A DNA stretch of 64,000 nucleotides from Lachnospiraceae bacterium. GTDB taxonomy: Bacteria; Bacillota; Clostridia; Lachnospirales; Lachnospiraceae. This document shows positions 37,262 through 46,935 of this stretch, one piece after another. Location: positions 3,186 through 67,185 of the forward strand of contig JAFUVF010000004.1 in NCBI GenBank assembly GCA_017483735.1. Direction: 5' to 3'. The stretch's first letter is position 1. Each line of letters starts with the position of its first letter. The notes under the pieces are model-generated. The model worked only from the letters and a program-made list of their open reading frames with translations, searched no databases and was not told the DNA's origin. The position numbers and the translations under genes were made by a program.

Positions 37262-38566
37262 ATGATTAAGATGAAAAAGTTCCTTGCACTGGCGCTGAGC
37301 GCCGCAATGACAGCCGGCATACTCGCAGGCTGCGGCTCCGATGGAAGCACAAACGGCGGTTCTACCGGCGGAAGCACTTCCGGAAACGGCGCAACAATTA
37401 CCATACTCAATTCAAAGATGGAGATTCAGGAGCAGCTTGAAAAGATGGCTGAGTCCTACGGAAAGTCAAAGGGAGTCAATGTTGAGGTTTACTACTCCAG
37501 CGACACAATCGCAGCACACCTCTCCACCAGATATGCTTCCAACGAACCCTACACCATTTCAATGGTTGATGCAAAGGATGTATACTCTCTCGCAAAGGAG
37601 CACGCAGTTGACCTCTCCGGCGAGGATTGGGTAAAGGATACCACCGAGGCAATCTCAATAGACGGCAAGGTTTACGGCTTCCCCGTATGTGTTGAGGCAA
37701 GAGGAATCATCTACAATGCCGATGCCATCAAGGCGATCACGGGAAGCGACTTTGATCCTGCAAGCGTTAAGACACTTGACGATTTCAACAAGCTCCTCTC
37801 AGATTTAAAGGCAGGCGGCATGGCGGCTCCCACCGGTATAATGAAGGAGGACTGGTCCCTTGCAGCACACTTCCTTGCAGAGGTTTATGAGCAGCAGGCT
37901 GACCCCGATGCATTCATAAAGGGACTTCACGACGGCACAACCCATATGGCTGATGATGCAATCTTCAACTCCATGATGGACACCTTCGATGCATTAAAGG
38001 CAAACAACTACGCAGAGGCAAGCGCAATCTCCGCAGAGCGTGAGGTTACCGAGCAGAAGCTTGCGGAAGGCGAACTCGCATTTATGTTTGGCGGCAACTG
38101 GGACTGGTCCGTAATCAATCAGTATGACTACTCAGATAATATGGGAATCATGCCTGTACCTCAGAACGGCTCCACTGACGCAAACACCAAGCTTGTAGGC
38201 GGCGGCTCCAAGTACTTCTTCATTGATTCCTCAAGCAACACCTCCGACGAGCAGGTTCAGGCGGCAAAGGATTTCTTAAACTGGATGGTATATGATTCCG
38301 AAGGACAGAGCTTCCTTGTAAACGAGTGTGCATTAGTTCCCGCATTCTCAAATATTACCCTCGCAGTTTCAGACCCTCTCGGCGCATCCGTAAAGACCTA
38401 CGCCGACAAGGGAGCACTCATTGGAAACTACAACTATCTTCCCGATGACCACTACTCAAAGCTCGGCGCTGCATTCCAGGAGTATCTTGCAAACAAGACC
38501 GACAGAGCAGGCTTTGGCGCAGCTATTGACAGCTATTGGCAGGCAGCAACTCTCTCTGAGCACTAA
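37262..38566 (+). CDS. sugar ABC transporter substrate-binding lipoprotein (CUT1)
   Basis: About 434 aa from MIKMKKFLALALSAAMTAGILAGCGS (lipobox). The long N-terminal extension in the ORF track lacks an RBS. Confidence 0.85.
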   Translation: MIKMKKFLALALSAAMTAGILAGCGSDGSTNGGSTGGSTSGNGATITILNSKMEIQEQLEKMAESYGKSKGVNVEVYYSSDTIAAHLSTRYASNEPYTISMVDAKDVYSLAKEHAVDLSGEDWVKDTTEAISIDGKVYGFPVCVEARGIIYNADAIKAITGSDFDPASVKTLDDFNKLLSDLKAGGMAAPTGIMKEDWSLAAHFLAEVYEQQADPDAFIKGLHDGTTHMADDAIFNSMMDTFDALKANNYAEASAISAEREVTEQKLAEGELAFMFGGNWDWSVINQYDYSDNMGIMPVPQNGSTDANTKLVGGGSKYFFIDSSSNTSDEQVQAAKDFLNWMVYDSEGQSFLVNECALVPAFSNITLAVSDPLGASVKTYADKGALIGNYNYLPDDHYSKLGAAFQEYLANKTDRAGFGAAIDSYWQAATLSEH

Positions 38567-38580
38567 TCCGATTTAAATAC

Positions 38581-38608
38581 AGGGGCTGTAAAAATGCAGC
38601 CCCTTTTT
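38581..38608 (+). terminator. intercistronic attenuating terminator-like hairpin after the SBP gene
   Basis: AGGGGCTG-N9-CAGCCCCT is followed by TTTTT. Confidence 0.55.
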
Positions 38609-38636
38609 AAAAATAAAAAAAGAAAGGAAGAAAGCT

Positions 38637-39515
38637 ATGCAGAGAAACAAGATGTCATACAAGGTAAGTCAGTTTCTTATGTTCGCAGGACCGGCAGGGC
38701 TTTTGTTCGTCGGAACCGTCATAATACCCTTCCTGTACGGACTGTATCTTACCTTTACAAGCTGGGATGGAATATCCCGTACAAAGCCCTTTGTAGGCTT
38801 TGAAAACTATGCGTCCACCTTTGCCGATACCGCATATTGGCAGGCAATCGGACGCACCCTTATCTATTCGATTTTTTCCGTAATACTTATCAACATTGTG
38901 GCATTTGCCCTTGCATATCTTGTTACAAGCGGTGTTAAGGGACAGAATTTCTTCCGTGCAGGCTTCTTTATCCCCAACCTTATAGGCGGCATCGTTTTGG
39001 GTTATGTCTGGAAGTTTGTGTTTAACAGAGCTTTCGTTGCGGTTGCAGAGAGTCTGGGGCAGAGGAATGCGGCATCCCTCCTCTCCACCACAAACGGCGC
39101 AATGTTCTGTCTCATACTCGTATCGGTATGGCAGTATGCAGGATATATGATGCTCATATATGTTGCGGGCTTTATGAGCGTATCCGAGTCCCTTAAGGAA
39201 GCGGCTATGATAGACGGCTGCACGCCTGCGCAGGCAATGCAGAACGTGACCATACCTCTTATGCGCTCCAGCTTCGTACAGTGCATATTCTTAAGCATCA
39301 CACGCTGCTTTATGGTATATGATGTGAACCTCTCCCTCACAAAGGGCGAGCCCTTCAATTCATCCGTAATGGCGGCAATGCATGTGTTCAATCAGGCGTT
39401 TACTTACAAAAACTACGGAACCGGTCAGGCGGAGGCTCTGATACTCTTCGTTATATGCGCAATCGTCGGAGTAACTCAGGTCTACATCGGCAAGAAAGGG
39501 GAGGTGGCTGCATAA
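38637..39515 (+). CDS. sugar ABC transporter permease
   Basis: 292 aa MalF-type permease with the EAA loop KEAAMIDGCTPAQAMQNVTIPL. Confidence 0.9.
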   Translation: MQRNKMSYKVSQFLMFAGPAGLLFVGTVIIPFLYGLYLTFTSWDGISRTKPFVGFENYASTFADTAYWQAIGRTLIYSIFSVILINIVAFALAYLVTSGVKGQNFFRAGFFIPNLIGGIVLGYVWKFVFNRAFVAVAESLGQRNAASLLSTTNGAMFCLILVSVWQYAGYMMLIYVAGFMSVSESLKEAAMIDGCTPAQAMQNVTIPLMRSSFVQCIFLSITRCFMVYDVNLSLTKGEPFNSSVMAAMHVFNQAFTYKNYGTGQAEALILFVICAIVGVTQVYIGKKGEVAA

Positions 39516-40375
39516 TGAGCGATTCTGAAAGAGCTTTGAGAAAAAAGAAAATATCACACTTTTTTATGCTCCTTTTACTTGTCATCCTCTTCTTTTTGTT
39601 TATCTCCCCCTTCCTTTTGGTGGTTATAAACGTATTCAAGACTAAGGCTGACATTACGTCAAATCCTCTGGGGCTCATCGGCAAGCATGGCTTTACCACC
39701 AAGAACTTCCCCGAGGCAATGAGAAAGATGGATTTCTTCAAGGTATTCGGAAATTCACTGATAATTACCGTATGCGCCACAATCCTTACCATTATCTTCT
39801 CCGCAATGGCGGGCTTTGTAATGGTCAGAAACAAGTGGGTTGCCTGCAATGCTCTCTTCTCACTTATGATAGCATCCATGGTTATACCCTTCCAGGTGCT
39901 TATGGTTCCCCTGGTATCCGTATACGGCGGAATGTTTGGTGTCCTGAACCACAGGCTCACGCTGATACTTCTGCATGTGGGCTTCTCGGTGTCAATGGCT
40001 ACCTTTATGTTCCACGGCGCAATACATACAAACATCCCTCTTGAGCTGGAGGAGGCGGCATATATAGACGGCTGCACAAGATGGCAGACCTTCTGGAAGA
40101 TAGTATTTCCTCTCCTTACCCCCACGATTGCCACTGTTGCGATAATCGATGCGATGGCATTCTGGAATGACTATCTGCTTCCCAGCCTTGTGCTGCAGAA
40201 GAAGGATCTTTATACCATACCCATCGCAACCCAGAGCTTCTACGGAACCTATTCCACGGATATCGGACTCGTGATGGCTGCCCTGCTTCTGGCAATGCTG
40301 CCCATACTCGTGCTGTATATCTTCCTGCAGAAGTTTATAGTAAAGGGAGTAACCTCGGGAGCTGTAAAAGGTTAA
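39515..40375 (+). CDS. sugar ABC transporter permease
   Basis: About 286 aa from MSDSERAL (ATG overlaps the upstream stop as TAATG). The EAA loop is EEAAYIDGCTRWQTFWKIVFPL. Confidence 0.9.
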   Translation: MSDSERALRKKKISHFFMLLLLVILFFLFISPFLLVVINVFKTKADITSNPLGLIGKHGFTTKNFPEAMRKMDFFKVFGNSLIITVCATILTIIFSAMAGFVMVRNKWVACNALFSLMIASMVIPFQVLMVPLVSVYGGMFGVLNHRLTLILLHVGFSVSMATFMFHGAIHTNIPLELEEAAYIDGCTRWQTFWKIVFPLLTPTIATVAIIDAMAFWNDYLLPSLVLQKKDLYTIPIATQSFYGTYSTDIGLVMAALLLAMLPILVLYIFLQKFIVKGVTSGAVKG

Positions 40376-40393
40376 GAAAGGAAACACAGGACT

Positions 40394-41668
40394 ATGGAAA
40401 TTCAGGTGAGCGGCAGGTATCTTGCGGTACCGGTTTGGACAAACAGAGAATGCTGGGACAGATATGAGCTTACGGTAAAGGGCTTAAACTCTTCCCTATT
40501 CTATACCTTCAAGCTGCCCGCAGAGAGCGGGGATAAGGATGCACCCGACTACTACACCTACCTTCCCATGCTCGACTGTGAGGGTAATCCCGTTACAGGA
40601 AGGCTTGACCTTGACTGTGATGCACCCTATCCGGTAAAAGACAGGCTTTTCTTTACGGATACCCCGGCATTTGAGCATGAGCCGGACGCGCTTCATTATC
40701 ACGCTCCCTACGGCTCCCTGAACGACCCCAACGGACTTGTGTATTATGACGGACTTTGGCATATGTACCATCAGCACAATCCCTTTGACAATGTCTGGGG
40801 CAATATGAGCTGGGGGCATTCCGTGTCAAAGGATCTCATTCATTTTTCTTTTGCCGGGGATGTGCTCTTCCCCGACAACGAGGGTGTGATGTTCTCCGGA
40901 TGCGGGCTTGTAAACGAAAGGGGCGCTTTTTCTCTCCCTGAGAATGCCCTTCTCTTCTTCTATACACTCGCATCGGAGGAGCCCGCCCCGGGGGAGGCAG
41001 AGCCTCACAGGTTTTTCACACAGCGCCTTGCCTATTCCCTCGATAACGGTTATACTCTTATCAAATATCCCGAATGGAAGCTTGATACATATGAATCTGA
41101 GAACCGGGACCCGAAAATTTTCTGGCATAATGAGACCTCTGCATATATTATGTCACTGTTTCTCACAAAGAACCGCTTTGCAATCTTCCGTTCAGAGGAT
41201 TTAAAAAACTGGACAAAGACCTGCGAGGTCGACTATCCACCCATGTGGGAGTGTCCCGACTTGCTTAGGCTGTCCGACGAAAAATGGGCATTTATGAGTG
41301 CCGACGGCTTCTATTTCATAGGGAGCTTCGACGGCTTCAGCTTCAAACCCGAAACCGAAATGAAAAAGCTCTATGCAAACGATATGCCCTATGCGGCACA
41401 GAGCTATTCCAATACAGACGGACGCATTATAAGCGTCGCATGGCTTCGCACCGGGAATCACGGGGAGAACTGGCACGGCATGATGAGCGTGCCGAGAGAG
41501 CTTTCCCTGGGCTGTGATCCCGAAGGCTATTATATCCGCCAAAGCTTCGTACCGGAGCTTTCCGGCTTTATAAAAGAGAATAAAGACAGCTTTATCATAG
41601 AGGATGAATATATCCGTGAGACACTTGATAAGGACGGACATATGCTTCTTACAGAGCAGCTGTTTTAA
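40394..41668 (+). CDS. GH32 beta-fructofuranosidase / sucrose(-6-phosphate) hydrolase
   Basis: 424 aa with GH32 motifs LNDPNGL, WGHSVS, RDPKIFW and WECPDL. Confidence 0.85.
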   Translation: MEIQVSGRYLAVPVWTNRECWDRYELTVKGLNSSLFYTFKLPAESGDKDAPDYYTYLPMLDCEGNPVTGRLDLDCDAPYPVKDRLFFTDTPAFEHEPDALHYHAPYGSLNDPNGLVYYDGLWHMYHQHNPFDNVWGNMSWGHSVSKDLIHFSFAGDVLFPDNEGVMFSGCGLVNERGAFSLPENALLFFYTLASEEPAPGEAEPHRFFTQRLAYSLDNGYTLIKYPEWKLDTYESENRDPKIFWHNETSAYIMSLFLTKNRFAIFRSEDLKNWTKTCEVDYPPMWECPDLLRLSDEKWAFMSADGFYFIGSFDGFSFKPETEMKKLYANDMPYAAQSYSNTDGRIISVAWLRTGNHGENWHGMMSVPRELSLGCDPEGYYIRQSFVPELSGFIKENKDSFIIEDEYIRETLDKDGHMLLTEQLF

Positions 41669-41694
41669 AATAAATACTGCAGCAGGATGAAAAA

Positions 41695-42672
41695 ATGGCG
41701 ACTATCAAGGATGTGGCAAGGGAAGCGGGAGTGGCCGTAGAGACCGTTTCCAGAGTTTTGAACAACAGAGGATACATAAGCGAAAAGACAAGGGACAAGG
41801 TCTACGCCGCAATGCAGAATATAGGCTACACTCCCAACGCCTTTGCTCAGGGGCTTTCCAGACAGAATATGGACTGCATAGTGGTAATTGTTCCCCATAT
41901 TGTGCATCCGTACTTTGCAAAGGTAATATCAAGCATAGAAAACGAGGCTGCCAGAAGAGGCTACAAGACCTTTCTTTACAATTCAAACGGCGATGCCGAA
42001 AGAGAAAGCTTTGTACTGAAAATATGCCAGAGCAGCTTTATGTCCGGTGCGCTTCTCTTCTCCGCAGATATCTCCGAGGAGACCTTAAAGAGCATAAGAA
42101 TCCCCACTGTTCTTGTCGAACGGAACGCCATAGGCAATGCTGTCAGCGTGCAATGTGACAACAAAAAGGGCGGCGAGCTTGCCGCAAAGCATCTCATAAG
42201 CAAGGGCTGCCACAATCTGATAGTCTTGGGAACCCTGAACAATATAGATATGCCTGGAGACAGCAGGGACAACGAATTTGTCCGCATATGTGAGGATAAA
42301 GGGTTGAAGGTATCCAGATACCGCGCCACCTCGGAACACTATGTATCCATGGATTATCACGACATAATTATTCAGGCGCTGAATGAGAATCCAGATTGTG
42401 ACGGAATATTTGCGACCTCCGATTTGATAGCCTCACAGATAATACAGGAATGTGCAAGGAGGGGCTTAAGCATCCCAGGGGACATTAAGCTTGTGGGCTT
42501 TGATGATGTGCAGCTTGCAAGGCTTACCACCCCCACACTTACAACAATACGCCAGCCCATACACAATATTGCCGTGGCGGCGATTGAAGCAATTGAAAAG
42601 CTAAGCCGGGGGGAAAACGTAAACCGGAACATAGTTCTCCCCGTGAGCCTTATAGAGCGTGAATCCACCTGA
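41695..42672 (+). CDS. LacI-family transcriptional regulator
   Basis: 325 aa with the N-terminal HTH ATIKDVAREAGVAVETVSRVLN and a periplasmic-binding-fold C-terminal domain. Confidence 0.9.
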   Translation: MATIKDVAREAGVAVETVSRVLNNRGYISEKTRDKVYAAMQNIGYTPNAFAQGLSRQNMDCIVVIVPHIVHPYFAKVISSIENEAARRGYKTFLYNSNGDAERESFVLKICQSSFMSGALLFSADISEETLKSIRIPTVLVERNAIGNAVSVQCDNKKGGELAAKHLISKGCHNLIVLGTLNNIDMPGDSRDNEFVRICEDKGLKVSRYRATSEHYVSMDYHDIIIQALNENPDCDGIFATSDLIASQIIQECARRGLSIPGDIKLVGFDDVQLARLTTPTLTTIRQPIHNIAVAAIEAIEKLSRGENVNRNIVLPVSLIEREST

Positions 42673-42690
42673 TGAACAAAAGAGGTAATT

Positions 42691-44886
42691 ATGATAAAGC
42701 ATGACAAAAAAACCGGAATCATTACAATAAACACGAAAAACACCACCTATCAGATGCAGGCGGATACCCACGGTATTCTTCTGCATTTGTATTATGGGAG
42801 AAAAATTCATTTTGATGCTTCGCACACCATACAATATGCGGACAGGGGCTTTTCGGGAAATCCATACGACCTTGGAAGCGACAGGACTTATTCTCTGGAC
42901 GCCCTGCCGTTGGAATACCCCTTCTACGGGGAGGGGGATTACAGAAATCCCGCTCTCATAATTAAAAATGAAAAGGACGGAAGTCTGGGGCTTGACTTAA
43001 GAGTCTCTGACATAGAAATATCAAAGGGAAAATATTCCCTTAAGGGGCTTCCCGCAAGCTATGGAGCGGAAAATGAAGCGGAAACTCTCTCCGTTACCCT
43101 AAAGGATTCCATCACTGGGCTTACAGTCAGATTACTATACGGCGTGTTTGAGGGCTATGATGTCATTACAAGGGCAGTAAAGCTCACAAATGAAGGTACA
43201 GCTCCCCTTACAATAAAAAAGGCTGCCTCTGCCGCACTGGATTTTCTCTACGGCGACTACAGGCTTATAAGCTTCTACGGAAGACATGCAATGGAGCGGA
43301 ATCTCTGCGACAGCCTGATTTCTCACGGAAGATTATCCATTGGCTCTAACAGGGGAACCTCATCCCACCAATACAATCCCTTTGTCATACTTGCAGACAG
43401 TGGCACAAACGAGGACTTTGGCGGATGTATCGGCGTGCATCTTATGTACAGCGGAAGCTTTGAGATAAGCGCCGAGAAGGATCAATACGACCAGACGAGG
43501 CTTGTAGCGGGATTATCCGGCATATGCGGAGAGCTTGACTGGCTTCTGCAGCCGGGGGAGGACTTCGATACGCCGGAGGTCATACTTACATATTCCAAAG
43601 ATGGACTGACACATCTGTCACATAATACCCACTCCTTTATAAATAACTGTGTTATACGAGGAAGCTTCAAGGATAAGAGGCGCCCCATACTCATAAACAA
43701 CTGGGAGGCTACATATTTTGACTTCGACGGAGAAAGACTCATAAATATCGCAAAAGATGCCAAAAATCTGGGGATCGAGCTCTTTGTTCTCGATGACGGC
43801 TGGTTTGGAAAAAGGGAGGATGACAATACCGGCCTCGGGGATTGGAAGGTCAATACAGGCAAGCTTGGTATGACCTTGGGCGAGCTGTCCCGACGGATAA
43901 ACGAGCTTGGGCTTTCCTTCGGACTGTGGTTTGAACCGGAGGCAGTTTCAGAGGATTCTGATATGTACAGAGCCCATCCCGAATACTGTCTAAGGATTCC
44001 CTCCCGCCCTCCTGTAAGGGCAAGGTATCAGCTTATGCTGGACTTTGCGAGGCAGGAGGTTGTGGACTTCGTATACGAAATGCTCGTTGATATTTTTGAT
44101 AATGCAAATATATCCTATATGAAGTGGGATATGAACAGAAGCCTGTCGGATTTTTACTCCGATGCGCTCAGCAAAGACAGGCAGGGAGAGGTTTCTCACA
44201 GATATGTTCTCGGGGTGTATGACCTGCTTGAACGTTTGATTAAGCGCTATCCTGATATGCTTATTGAGGGCTGCAGCGGGGGTGGCGGGCGCTTTGATGC
44301 AGGTATGCTTTATTACACCCCCCAGGTCTGGTGCAGCGACAATACAGATGCCATAGACAGGCTCTTTATCCAATACGGAACCTCCTTCGGATATCCCATA
44401 TCCGCCGTGGGCTCCCATGTATCCGCCGTGCCGAACCACCAGACGGGACGTACCACTCCCTTTAACACCAGAGGCATTGTGGCAATGTCAGGCACCTTCG
44501 GCTATGAGCTTGACCCTGCGAAATTGACGGATGAGGAAAGAGAGGCTCTAAAGACCCAGATTGAACGCTTTAAGAAGGATTATGACTTAATCCGCCACGG
44601 AGATTATTACCGCCTCACATCCCCCTATTCGGACAAGGAGCTGTGCGCATGGATGTTTGTGAGCAAGGATAAGAAAACCGCAGTCATTAACGCAGTAAGC
44701 CTTAATAACCACGGTAATCCTGTCTTTAAGTATATCAACCCGAAGGGACTGATTCCGGACGCTGTCTACCACATTGAGGAATCTGACGAAGCTTATCCGG
44801 GAGATGCTTTGATGTATGCCGGTCTTCCCCTTCCGTATGCTTTGGGAGAATATGAGGGCATACAGTGGCATCTGAACCTCACATAG
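42691..44886 (+). CDS. alpha-galactosidase (GH36)
   Basis: 731 aa with FVLDDGWF, KWDMNR and EGCSGGGGRFD motifs, as in AgaA-type GH36 enzymes. Confidence 0.9.
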   Translation: MIKHDKKTGIITINTKNTTYQMQADTHGILLHLYYGRKIHFDASHTIQYADRGFSGNPYDLGSDRTYSLDALPLEYPFYGEGDYRNPALIIKNEKDGSLGLDLRVSDIEISKGKYSLKGLPASYGAENEAETLSVTLKDSITGLTVRLLYGVFEGYDVITRAVKLTNEGTAPLTIKKAASAALDFLYGDYRLISFYGRHAMERNLCDSLISHGRLSIGSNRGTSSHQYNPFVILADSGTNEDFGGCIGVHLMYSGSFEISAEKDQYDQTRLVAGLSGICGELDWLLQPGEDFDTPEVILTYSKDGLTHLSHNTHSFINNCVIRGSFKDKRRPILINNWEATYFDFDGERLINIAKDAKNLGIELFVLDDGWFGKREDDNTGLGDWKVNTGKLGMTLGELSRRINELGLSFGLWFEPEAVSEDSDMYRAHPEYCLRIPSRPPVRARYQLMLDFARQEVVDFVYEMLVDIFDNANISYMKWDMNRSLSDFYSDALSKDRQGEVSHRYVLGVYDLLERLIKRYPDMLIEGCSGGGGRFDAGMLYYTPQVWCSDNTDAIDRLFIQYGTSFGYPISAVGSHVSAVPNHQTGRTTPFNTRGIVAMSGTFGYELDPAKLTDEEREALKTQIERFKKDYDLIRHGDYYRLTSPYSDKELCAWMFVSKDKKTAVINAVSLNNHGNPVFKYINPKGLIPDAVYHIEESDEAYPGDALMYAGLPLPYALGEYEGIQWHLNLT

Positions 44887-44888
44887 GC

Positions 44889-46484
44889 TTATTTAAACAA
44901 AGTATTCAGGAGACCCCTCTTTAGTACCTGCGCTCCGGTGCTTATGAGCTGGGTCTCTATTTTTGACTTTCTTCTGGCTGCCGCCTGCTCCCTTCTTCTC
45001 TCCGCAGCCTCAGCCTCTCTCTCCTTCTTTTTCCTTGCGGCTTCCTCTTCCTTCTCCTTCTTCTTTCGCTCCGCTTCTTCTTCCTTTTCCCTCTTTTTTC
45101 TGGCTTCCTCCTCTTCCTTTGCCTTCTGCTTCTCGAACTCCTCTCTTTCCTTCTGGAGTGCAAGTCTCTCCGCTTCAAGCCTTGCAGCCTCTGCATCCTT
45201 TTCTGCCTGCGCTTCGAGTATCTCATAGGCAGATTCATTATCGACAGCCCTGTCATATTTTGACATACCGTCCGAATTCATCATACGGTTTCTGCTGCTG
45301 TCATCCGTAGGTGCCATAAGGCTCTTGGGACATATTATGGAGGTTCGCATCGCCATGGTAGGCACACCCTTCTCATCAAGGAAGGAGGTAAGGGCTTCTC
45401 CCACTCCAAGCTCCATTATCACTTCATCTGCCTTGAAAGCGGGATTTGCTCTCATGGAGCTTGCCGCTGCCTTTACCGCCTTCTGCTCGGCAGGCGTATA
45501 TGCTCTTAATGCGTGCTGCACTCTGTTTGAAAGCTGTGCCAGGACAGTATCCGGAATATCGCTGGGGGACTGTGTCACAAAATATATTCCCACGCCCTTT
45601 GAACGTATGAGCTTTACCACCTGCTCAATCTTCTGCACCAAAACCTTCGGTGCATCGGAAAACAGCATATGCGCCTCATCAAAGAAGAATACCAGCTTCG
45701 GCTTGTCCATGTCTCCCGCCTCCGGCAGGGTCTCAAAAAGCTCCGCCATCATCCAGAGTACAAACATCGCATACAACGTAGGATTGTTTACAAGCCTTGT
45801 GCAGTCAAGAAGGTTCACATAGCCTCTTCCGTTTGAATCCCTGCGTATCCAGTCAAGTATATCAAGCGCAGGCTCTCCGAAGAAAAGGTCTCCTCCCTCA
45901 GCCTCCAGAGGAAGCAATGCTCTCAAAATGCCTCCCACGGACTGGGATGAAATATTTCCGTACGTGGTAAGATAGTCCTGTCTGTGGTCATTTATATAGG
46001 TCAGAACGGCACGCAGATCCTTTAAGTCTATGAGTAACAGCCCCTTGTCATCCGCAATCCTGAATACTATGTCAAGCACACCCTCCTGCGCCGGAGAAAG
46101 ATTGAGTATCCTCGACAATAGATCCGGTCCCATATCCGATACCGTTGCACGTATGGGATGACCGCCTTCGCCGTATATATCCCAAAATACAGTGGGATAA
46201 TTCTCATATTTGAATTCATCCCTGATCCCAAACTTATCTATTCGCTTCTCCATTCCGTCGGATTTCTCTCCTGCCGATGCGATGCCCGACACATCGCCCT
46301 TTACATCGCACAAAAATACCGGCACTCCCGCATCTGAAAAGGATTCCGCCATACACTTCATTGTGATGGTCTTTCCCGTGCCGGAAGCTCCCGCAATGAG
46401 ACCGTGACGGTTCGCCATGTTGAGCTGCATATAAACTCTCTCTCCGTCCGCCAATCCCATATAAATATTACCGTTTGTGTACAT
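44889..46484 (-). CDS. HerA-like / DUF853 P-loop ATPase with a Lys/Glu-rich repetitive C-terminal tail
   Basis: About 531 aa from MYTNGNIYMG (AGGAGG 8 nt upstream). Walker A is GASGTGKT and Walker B-like is LVFFFDEAH. The C-terminal ~110 aa consist of EEEAxRKKxEK-type repeats. Confidence 0.75.
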   Translation of the reverse strand: MYTNGNIYMGLADGERVYMQLNMANRHGLIAGASGTGKTITMKCMAESFSDAGVPVFLCDVKGDVSGIASAGEKSDGMEKRIDKFGIRDEFKYENYPTVFWDIYGEGGHPIRATVSDMGPDLLSRILNLSPAQEGVLDIVFRIADDKGLLLIDLKDLRAVLTYINDHRQDYLTTYGNISSQSVGGILRALLPLEAEGGDLFFGEPALDILDWIRRDSNGRGYVNLLDCTRLVNNPTLYAMFVLWMMAELFETLPEAGDMDKPKLVFFFDEAHMLFSDAPKVLVQKIEQVVKLIRSKGVGIYFVTQSPSDIPDTVLAQLSNRVQHALRAYTPAEQKAVKAAASSMRANPAFKADEVIMELGVGEALTSFLDEKGVPTMAMRTSIICPKSLMAPTDDSSRNRMMNSDGMSKYDRAVDNESAYEILEAQAEKDAEAARLEAERLALQKEREEFEKQKAKEEEEARKKREKEEEAERKKKEKEEEAARKKKEREAEAAERRREQAAARRKSKIETQLISTGAQVLKRGLLNTLFK

Positions 46485-46503
46485 CCTAGATACCTCCTTT
46501 ATG

Positions 46504-46665
46504 TAGTGACAATTTGCGTTAGCAAATTGCATCGAGCCATTCATAATGTTACATAACCTAAATTATGGCTCGTTTCCTCCTTAATATAGTGACAATTTAC
46601 GAAGTAAATTGCATCGAGCCATTCATTATGTTACATAACCTAAATTATGGCTCGTTTCCTCCTTA
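46504..46665 (-). repeat. tandem duplication (2 x ~80 nt, period 83) of a two-hairpin element, each copy starting with AAGGAGG on the coding strand
   Basis: The copies at 46504-46583 and 46587-46665 are nearly identical. Each contains GAGCCAT...ATGGCTC and an 8-bp stem: CAATTTGC/GCAAATTG in one copy and CAATTTAC/GTAAATTG in the other. The difference is a compensatory double change. Confidence 0.85.
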
Positions 46666-46935
46666 TTCTAAAAATATTATCCTCAGCCTCTCGTTTTCCT
46701 TCATTGCGTCCCTCGCCAGCCGCTTCAGGGATTTATAATAATTCGGCAGCGCCCCTTTAAAGCTCTCACATCCCAAAAAGGTAATCTCCGTTTCCTCTCC
46801 TATGTCCGTAAGCACATCATGGAGCGCATCCAGATTTCTGCCGTAATAATCCGGCACCGGAAGCGTTTTTATTATGAGTTCGTGAAACCTGTCTCTCTCC
46901 TTTATTTTTTTCAGCTCAATCGTATACTCTTTCAT
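46663..46935 (-). CDS. barstar-family ribonuclease inhibitor
   Basis: About 90 aa from MKEYTIELKKI. The segment LPVPDYYGRNLDALHDVLTD matches the barstar signature (Y-Y-G-x-N-L-D-A-L-x-D). It overlaps the upstream RNase gene by 20 nt. Confidence 0.8.
   Translation of the reverse strand: MKEYTIELKKIKERDRFHELIIKTLPVPDYYGRNLDALHDVLTDIGEETEITFLGCESFKGALPNYYKSLKRLARDAMKENERLRIIFLE

Noticed and set aside
44938-45310. Three overlapping ORFs (96-115 aa) in other frames and strands across the 3' end of the HerA-like gene.
   Set aside because: They are artefacts of the purine-rich Lys/Glu repeat DNA. They translate to Ser/Phe/Leu or Arg/Lys low-complexity strings.
46504-46665. The tandem repeat considered as a possible CRISPR array.
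   Set aside because: There are only two adjacent copies of about 80 nt, with no unique spacers between them, and no cas genes lie nearby. It is a tandem duplication of a structured element, not a CRISPR.
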